Program-made: the position numbers and the translations under genes
Notes under the pieces: model-generated
Database searches by the model: none
Told to the model about the DNA's origin: nothing
Seen by the model: only the letters and a program-made list of their open reading frames with translations
Shown here: positions 58,053-64,000 of the stretch, piece by piece
Position numbering within the stretch: position 1 is the first letter of the stretch
How the letters are laid out: every line of letters begins with the position of its first letter
Source of the DNA: Rhodospirillaceae bacterium
Lineage (GTDB): Bacteria > Pseudomonadota > Gammaproteobacteria > Steroidobacterales > Rariloculaceae
Direction: 5' to 3'
Assembly (NCBI GenBank): GCA_024640685.1
Contig: JAHEEN010000001.1
Span: 16,418-80,417 of the forward strand
DNA length: 64,000 nt

Positions 58053-58841
58053 TCACTTCGGCACGTGCGGTGCCAGTAGTCTCGAGAGTGCCGCGTAAAT
58101 TTTTGGATTGCCCGAGACGAGGCTGCCGGTCGCGAGGTAGGTGTCGCCACCTCGGAAATCACTGATTCGTCCGCCGGCTTCGCGGATCAACAGCGCGCCT
58201 GCGGCAATGTCCCAGATGTTCAGACCGAGCTCCCAGAAGCCATCGACGCGGCCGGCGGCGACGTAGCTGAGGTCGAGAGCTGCCGAGCCGGGGCGCCTGA
58301 TGCCGGCGCTCGAGCCCATGACGGCCTCGAGCATCTTCAGGTAGCGTGCAACGTCGTCGCGATCGTGCCGATATGGGAAGCCGGTCGCAATCAGCGCATC
58401 TTCTAGGCGATATCGTTGACTGACGCGAATTCGGCGACCATCGAGCTGCGCTCCTTGCCCGCGCGACGCGGAGAAAATCTCCTGCCGCATAGGATCGTAG
58501 ACGACGCCGTGCTCGAGCTGAGTGCCATGGCGCACGGCGATCGATACGGCGAACTGTGGGAACCCATGAATGTAGTTCGTCGTTCCGTCGAGCGGATCGA
58601 TGATCCATTCGTATTCATGGTCGCCTTGCCGGCCGCGTTCCTCGGCAAGGATTGCGTGGTCGGGATAGAAGTCGTGAATGACCTCGATAATCGATTCCTC
58701 GGCCAGGTGATCGACCTCCGTGACGAACTCGTTGCGGCCCTTCTCGGAAATCTTCAGCGTATCGAGCTGATTGAGGTGCCGAATCATCAGCTCACCGGCC
58801 CGCCTGGCGGCCTTGATAGCGACGTTGACCATGGCGTGCAT
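58053..58841 (-). CDS. suhB: inositol-1-monophosphatase family protein (SuhB)
   Basis: MHAMVNVAIKAARRAGELM...ILAEERG...WIIDPLDGTTNYIHG...WDIAAGALL. The internal ATG of track ORF 58053..59312 is used. It is divergent from trmJ, as in other gammaproteobacteria. Confidence 0.9.
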   Translation of the reverse strand: MHAMVNVAIKAARRAGELMIRHLNQLDTLKISEKGRNEFVTEVDHLAEESIIEVIHDFYPDHAILAEERGRQGDHEYEWIIDPLDGTTNYIHGFPQFAVSIAVRHGTQLEHGVVYDPMRQEIFSASRGQGAQLDGRRIRVSQRYRLEDALIATGFPYRHDRDDVARYLKMLEAVMGSSAGIRRPGSAALDLSYVAAGRVDGFWELGLNIWDIAAGALLIREAGGRISDFRGGDTYLATGSLVSGNPKIYAALSRLLAPHVPK

Positions 58842-58958
58842 AGTGATTCTCGGCTCCGGGCGTTCGTACGGCTCAAAGCGGCCGCGCAAGGGGGGAGTAG
58901 AATACACGCTCGTGCCGTAATTTGATTGTCCACATTCCGTCGAATCTTGACCGTTCAG

Positions 58959-59708
58959 ATGCCCGACATCGCCGTACGAATCGTTCTGTGTGAGCCCACG
59001 CATCCGGGCAACATCGGCGCGAGCGCGCGCGCGATGAAAACGATGGGATTGAGCGAGCTCGTGTTGGTTGCGCCGAAGCTGTTTCCGAGTGCGGACGCGA
59101 CTGCGCGCGCGTCCGGAGCCGACGATGTGTTGGAATCTGCGCAGATCGTGGCGACGCTCGCCGAAGCGATCGACGATTGCGCCTACGTCGTCGGTGCAAG
59201 TGCCCGACTGCGCAGCCTCGATTGGCCGACGATGACCCCACGCGTTTGCGCGGCGGAGCTCGTCGCACGCAGCCGCACCGACAAAGTCGCGATCGTCTTC
59301 GGTCCCGAGCACTCGGGGCTCGACAACGAAGCGCTCGCCCGCTGTCAGACGCTCGTTAATATCCCAGCGAATCCAGCGTATTCATCGCTGAATCTGGCGA
59401 TGGCCGTGCAGGTCCTTTGCTATGAGCTGCGGGTGGCCGGCATCGAGCCCGGTGACGATGACGCGCGGCTCATCGAGCAACGCGATGCACCGCTTGCAAC
59501 CAGCGCCGAGCTCGAGGGATTTCACGCGCATCTAGAGGCTGTCATGCTCCGATCGGGATTTCTGAATCCCGACCACCCGAAGCTGCTGAAGCGCCGTTTG
59601 CGCCGCCTGTTCAACCGCGCGTGCCTCGACCAGACCGAGGTCAACATACTGCGGGGTCTGCTCGCGGCGGTCGAGCGCAGTGTCCCGGAGCCGAGTCAGG
59701 ATCGATGA
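58959..59708 (+). CDS. trmJ: tRNA (cytidine/uridine-2'-O)-methyltransferase TrmJ
   Basis: MPDIAVRIVLCEPTHPGNIGASARAMKTMGL...IVFGPEHSGL...NIPANPAYSSLNLAMAVQV shows the SPOUT fold. Confidence 0.9.
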   Translation: MPDIAVRIVLCEPTHPGNIGASARAMKTMGLSELVLVAPKLFPSADATARASGADDVLESAQIVATLAEAIDDCAYVVGASARLRSLDWPTMTPRVCAAELVARSRTDKVAIVFGPEHSGLDNEALARCQTLVNIPANPAYSSLNLAMAVQVLCYELRVAGIEPGDDDARLIEQRDAPLATSAELEGFHAHLEAVMLRSGFLNPDHPKLLKRRLRRLFNRACLDQTEVNILRGLLAAVERSVPEPSQDR

Positions 59709-60874
59709 CGGCTCGCAGCGTCTACCTCGATCATGCAGCAACGACACCGATCGACGCGGTGGTCGCCGCTGCGATGGCCGAGTGCATGCAGCTGTCGGGC
59801 GCGTTCGCAAACCCGTCGTCGACACACGCGTTCGGGCGCGAGGCAGCGGCGCGCGTCTCGGCTGCGCGCGCCCAGGTTGCCGAACGTATAGGCGCGGAGC
59901 CCGAATCGATCGTCTTCACGTCCGGTGCGACCGAGTCGGACAACTTGGCGTTACGCGGCGCGATGGCTGCACGGCGCGCCCGCGGCGCTCACCTCGTGAC
60001 GTCGGTCACCGAGCACAAGGCTGTGCTCGATACTGCGAAGCTGCTGGCCGAGCGCGGCGCGAGCGTCACATGGCTCTCCTGCGATAGCGACGGCAGAATC
60101 GATCCGGCCGTGCTCGACGACGTGCTGACAGACGAAACGGTGCTCGTCTCGGTTATGCATGTGAACAACGAGACGGGTGTCGTCCAGGACATCGCCGCGC
60201 TCGGTGAGCGTTGCCGAGCGCGCAATGTGTTGTTCCACACCGATGCGGCTCAAAGCGTCGGCAAGATACCGCTAGCCGTGAACCGCATTCCGGTCGACAT
60301 CGTGTCGCTGACAGCGCATAAGCTGCATGGCCCGAAGGGTATCGGCGCGCTTTATGTCCGTCCCGGGGTCTCGCTTGCGCCGCTGCAGTTCGGCGGTGAG
60401 CAGGAGCGTGGGCTGCGGCCGGGGACTTTGCCGACACACCAGGTCGTCGGCATGGGTGAGGCCTTCGCGCGCGCCGACCCCGCGAGCGATAGCGAGCATT
60501 TGCGCGTGTTGCGCGAGCGACTCTGGGAAGGGCTCGCAAAGATCGATGGCGTTCGCCGCAACGGCTCCGCGACCCACAGCTCGCCGCACGTGCTGAACGT
60601 TGCGTTTCCGGGCGTCAGCGGGGAGACGTTGCGGCTCGCGATCGAGGAGATTGCAGTGTCGGCGGGATCGGCGTGCAATGCGGAAACGTTGGAGTCTTCG
60701 CACGTGCTGACCGCGATGGGGCTCAGCGACGCGCTGGCCGAGAGCTCTATTCGATTTAGCGTCGGCCGCGATACGACGCTCGACGATATCGACTATGCGG
60801 TCCAGCGGACGACCGAGGCGGTCACCCACCTGAGCGGTTTCGCCTCATCGGCGCCGAGCTGGTGCACGAGCTGA
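59705..60874 (+). CDS. iscS: cysteine desulfurase, class I (IscS/NifS-like)
   Basis: MTARSVYLDHAATTP..., with the PLP lysine in SLTAHKLHGPKG and the active-site loop SAGSACN. It has an ATGA overlap with trmJ. The internal ATG of track ORF 59621..60874 is used. Confidence 0.9.
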   Translation: MTARSVYLDHAATTPIDAVVAAAMAECMQLSGAFANPSSTHAFGREAAARVSAARAQVAERIGAEPESIVFTSGATESDNLALRGAMAARRARGAHLVTSVTEHKAVLDTAKLLAERGASVTWLSCDSDGRIDPAVLDDVLTDETVLVSVMHVNNETGVVQDIAALGERCRARNVLFHTDAAQSVGKIPLAVNRIPVDIVSLTAHKLHGPKGIGALYVRPGVSLAPLQFGGEQERGLRPGTLPTHQVVGMGEAFARADPASDSEHLRVLRERLWEGLAKIDGVRRNGSATHSSPHVLNVAFPGVSGETLRLAIEEIAVSAGSACNAETLESSHVLTAMGLSDALAESSIRFSVGRDTTLDDIDYAVQRTTEAVTHLSGFASSAPSWCTS

Positions 60875-60915
60875 TTCAGCGCCTCGCTAGTTTGCGCTAA
60901 ACTACTGACTTTCCG

Positions 60916-61287
60916 ATGGAATACAGTTCCGAGGTACGACGTCGGCTCGAGCGCCCGAGTTGCCGCGGGGTGCTTGCGAGTGCCGTCGGCAGTGCCAGCG
61001 CGACCGCCGAGGATCGTAGTCTGAACGTTTGGGTCCGCGTACAGGTCGAAGTCGACGGTGAGACGCTAGTGGCCGCGCGCTATGACGCTTACGGGTGCCC
61101 GCATTTTTTGGCCGGCGCCGACTGGATCGTCGAGCGCCTCGCGGGCCAGCCGGCCGCGGCTCTGACCGAGGTCGCCACCGGCGATGCGGTCGCGGCGCTC
61201 GACGTGCCGACTGAGAAGATCGGGAAGCTGCTGGTCATCGAGGATGCGCTGGCGGCCTGCGCTGCAAAGTTGTCTGTATCGGCGTAA
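60916..61287 (+). CDS. IscU/NifU-N-like protein with degenerate cluster ligands
   Basis: 123 aa that aligns by eye to E. coli IscU along its whole length ([36 protein letters not shown]). Only the central Cys (YGC) is at a canonical ligand position. Confidence 0.7.
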   Translation: MEYSSEVRRRLERPSCRGVLASAVGSASATAEDRSLNVWVRVQVEVDGETLVAARYDAYGCPHFLAGADWIVERLAGQPAAALTEVATGDAVAALDVPTEKIGKLLVIEDALAACAAKLSVSA

Positions 61288-61333
61288 CGAACGATGGGTA
61301 AGGTGTGAGCCGCATTCGGCCTACAGGATCAAA

Positions 61334-61657
61334 ATGGCATTGTCATTGACGCAAAGCGCTGCTGAGCGCGTGAAATCTTACCTCGAGCGCCGTGGCCGCG
61401 GGCTAGGGCTGCGCGTGGGTATCCGCAAGACCGGCTGCTCGGGCTATGCGTATGTCATCGACTACGCCGACGACTTCGACGACGATGATGTCGTATTCGA
61501 GGATCGCGGCGTCAAGATTGTCGTCGACAACGACAGTTTGGAGCTGATCGACGGCACCCAGGTCGACTTCGTCAAGCAAGGCCTCAATGAGGCATTCAAG
61601 TTTCGCAATCCCAACGTCAAAGGAGAATGCGGCTGCGGCGAGAGCTTCAGCATTTGA
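61334..61657 (+). CDS. iscA: iron-sulfur cluster insertion protein, A-type carrier (IscA/ErpA family)
   Basis: 107 aa. [15 protein letters not shown]...[18 protein letters not shown] carries the C-x(n)-C-G-C signature. Confidence 0.9.
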   Translation: MALSLTQSAAERVKSYLERRGRGLGLRVGIRKTGCSGYAYVIDYADDFDDDDVVFEDRGVKIVVDNDSLELIDGTQVDFVKQGLNEAFKFRNPNVKGECGCGESFSI

Positions 61658-61694
61658 CGTTGCCCCGACTACCCTGTGATATCGAGGATGAATA

Positions 61695-62107
61695 ATGGCA
61701 ATTGAGCGCACTCTGTCGATCGTCAAGCCGGACGGTGTGGAAAAGAACCTAATTGGCGAGATCTATCGGCGGTTCGAGCAGGCCGGTCTGCAAATCGTCG
61801 CAGCGAGGATGATGCATCTGCGACTGGATCAAGCCGAGCAGTTTTATGCCGTGCACAAGGAGCGACCGTTTTTTGCCGATTTGTGCGCGTATATGACGTC
61901 CGGGCCGGTCGTCGTGCAGGTGCTCGAAGGTGAAGGCGCGATCAACAAGAACCGCGAGCTGATGGGTGCGACGGATCCGGCCAAGGCCGACGGGGGCACG
62001 ATCCGCGCCGACTTCGCCGCATCGATCGAGGAAAACGTCGTGCACGGCTCCGATGGACCGGACACCGCGGCACAAGAGATCGCATTTTTCTTCGCAGGTT
62101 CGGCAAT

Positions 62108-62126
<19 letters not shown>
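61695..62126 (+). CDS. ndk: nucleoside-diphosphate kinase
   Basis: 143 aa. [15 protein letters not shown]...[18 protein letters not shown]...NVVHGSD contains the active-site His. Confidence 0.95.
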
Positions 62127-63222
<1,096 letters not shown>

Positions 63223-63226
<4 letters not shown>

Positions 63227-63993
63227 ACAAGCCGCTCTGCACGTTCGTCTCGGCCTGGATGCTGATGGCTGCGTCCGGTTGCGTTTCGACGACGACGGCG
63301 ATCGGTGAGCCACAGCCAGAAGAGGCCGCGCTCGCGAACTTGAACCTCGGTGTCGAGTATTTGCGTCGAGGGCAGCCCGAGCGGGCGCTCGCGAGCCTCG
63401 AGGAGGCGCTCGAGTTCAATCCGCGGCTTGCGGCCGCGCACAGCACGATCGCGATCGTCTTCGAACAGCTCGGCGACCCGGAAACTGCTGAGGAGCACTA
63501 TTTGCGCGCAACCCAGCTCGGTCCCGACGACGGTTCCGCTGCGAACACCTATGCGGTCTTTTTGTGCCGCAACGGCCGCTGGAGCGATGCCGAGCAGTTT
63601 TTCCGGCGGGCTGTTAGCAATCCACGGTATTCGACGCCGGCGGCGGCACTGACCAATGCCGGCGTATGCGCCCGCACGGCCGGCGATTTGGAAAACGCCG
63701 AAAGCTACTTTCGTGAAGCGCTGACGCGAGACAGGCTCTACCCCGACGCGCTTTATCATATGGCGGACCTGAGCTATTTGTCGGAGGAGTATCTTGCCGG
63801 ACGGGCCTTTACGCAGCGCTATCTGTCTGCGGCCGGCCGCACGCCTGAGATCCTGTTGCTGTGCGTGCGCATTGAGCGCGCGTTGGATGCGGCGCCTGCC
63901 GCAAGCGACTGCGCGGAGCAGCTGCGGCAAAGTTTTCCGAACTCCGCCGAGGTTGGCCAGTTGACCGCGATCGAGCGCAATGAGCCAAGATGA
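63223..63993 (+). CDS. pilW: type IV pilus biogenesis/stability lipoprotein PilW (TPR)
   Basis: MNKPLCTFVSAWMLMAASGC provides a lipobox, followed by TPR repeats (LNLGVEYLRRGQPERALASLEEALEFNP...). It sits in the conserved position after rlmN with an ATGA overlap. The internal ATG of track ORF 62764..63993 is used. Confidence 0.8.
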
Positions 63994-64000
63994 TTCCAAC

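Noticed and set aside
63990-64000. ATG overlapping the pilW stop (ATGA), likely the start of the next gene (rodZ-like by synteny)
   Set aside because: Only 11 nt lie in the window, which is too little sequence to support a call.

Overview
This is a 64-kb, high-GC, gene-dense chromosomal segment. It is most consistent with a gammaproteobacterium of the Xanthomonadales/Nevskiales type. That is an inference from three synteny blocks: queA-tgt-yajC-secD-secF, suhB/trmJ-iscS-...-ndk-rlmN-pilW, and xerD-dsbC. I call about 63 protein-coding genes, with starts re-picked inside the over-long ORFs typical of high-GC DNA. I also call one possible gene remnant, one tRNA-Leu(CAA), one TPP riboswitch, one clear intrinsic terminator and a few candidate regulatory elements. 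The content is mostly housekeeping. It includes glnS, cfa, molybdenum-cofactor genes moeA/moaACDE/mocA-like/moaB, tesB, gpmA, a 1600-aa NAD-glutamate dehydrogenase, zapE, acetoacetyl-CoA synthetase, ETF-QO, tonB, Sec components and tRNA modification genes. Periplasmic and redox modules are interspersed among these. I see no CRISPR array, transposase, phage gene, integrase (other than chromosomal xerD), toxin-antitoxin pair or recognisable defence gene. There is therefore no evidence for a mobile island and no single obviously new system. The items most worth follow-up are these. (1) Three secreted DUF6152-like paralogs whose predicted mature N-terminus is His-His, one of them paired with another unknown secreted protein. 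(2) A single TPP-riboswitch-led thiamin scavenging operon: TonB receptor, YkoF-like protein, PnuC-type transporter and kinase. (3) A tandemly duplicated ModA-like binding lipoprotein with no ABC partner. (4) A stripped-down isc locus with a degenerate IscU-like protein. (5) An ECF sigma / anti-sigma / dual-PDZ operon. (6) A highly structured 310-nt leader upstream of moaA. All functional calls come from reading the translations by eye. No database search was run.
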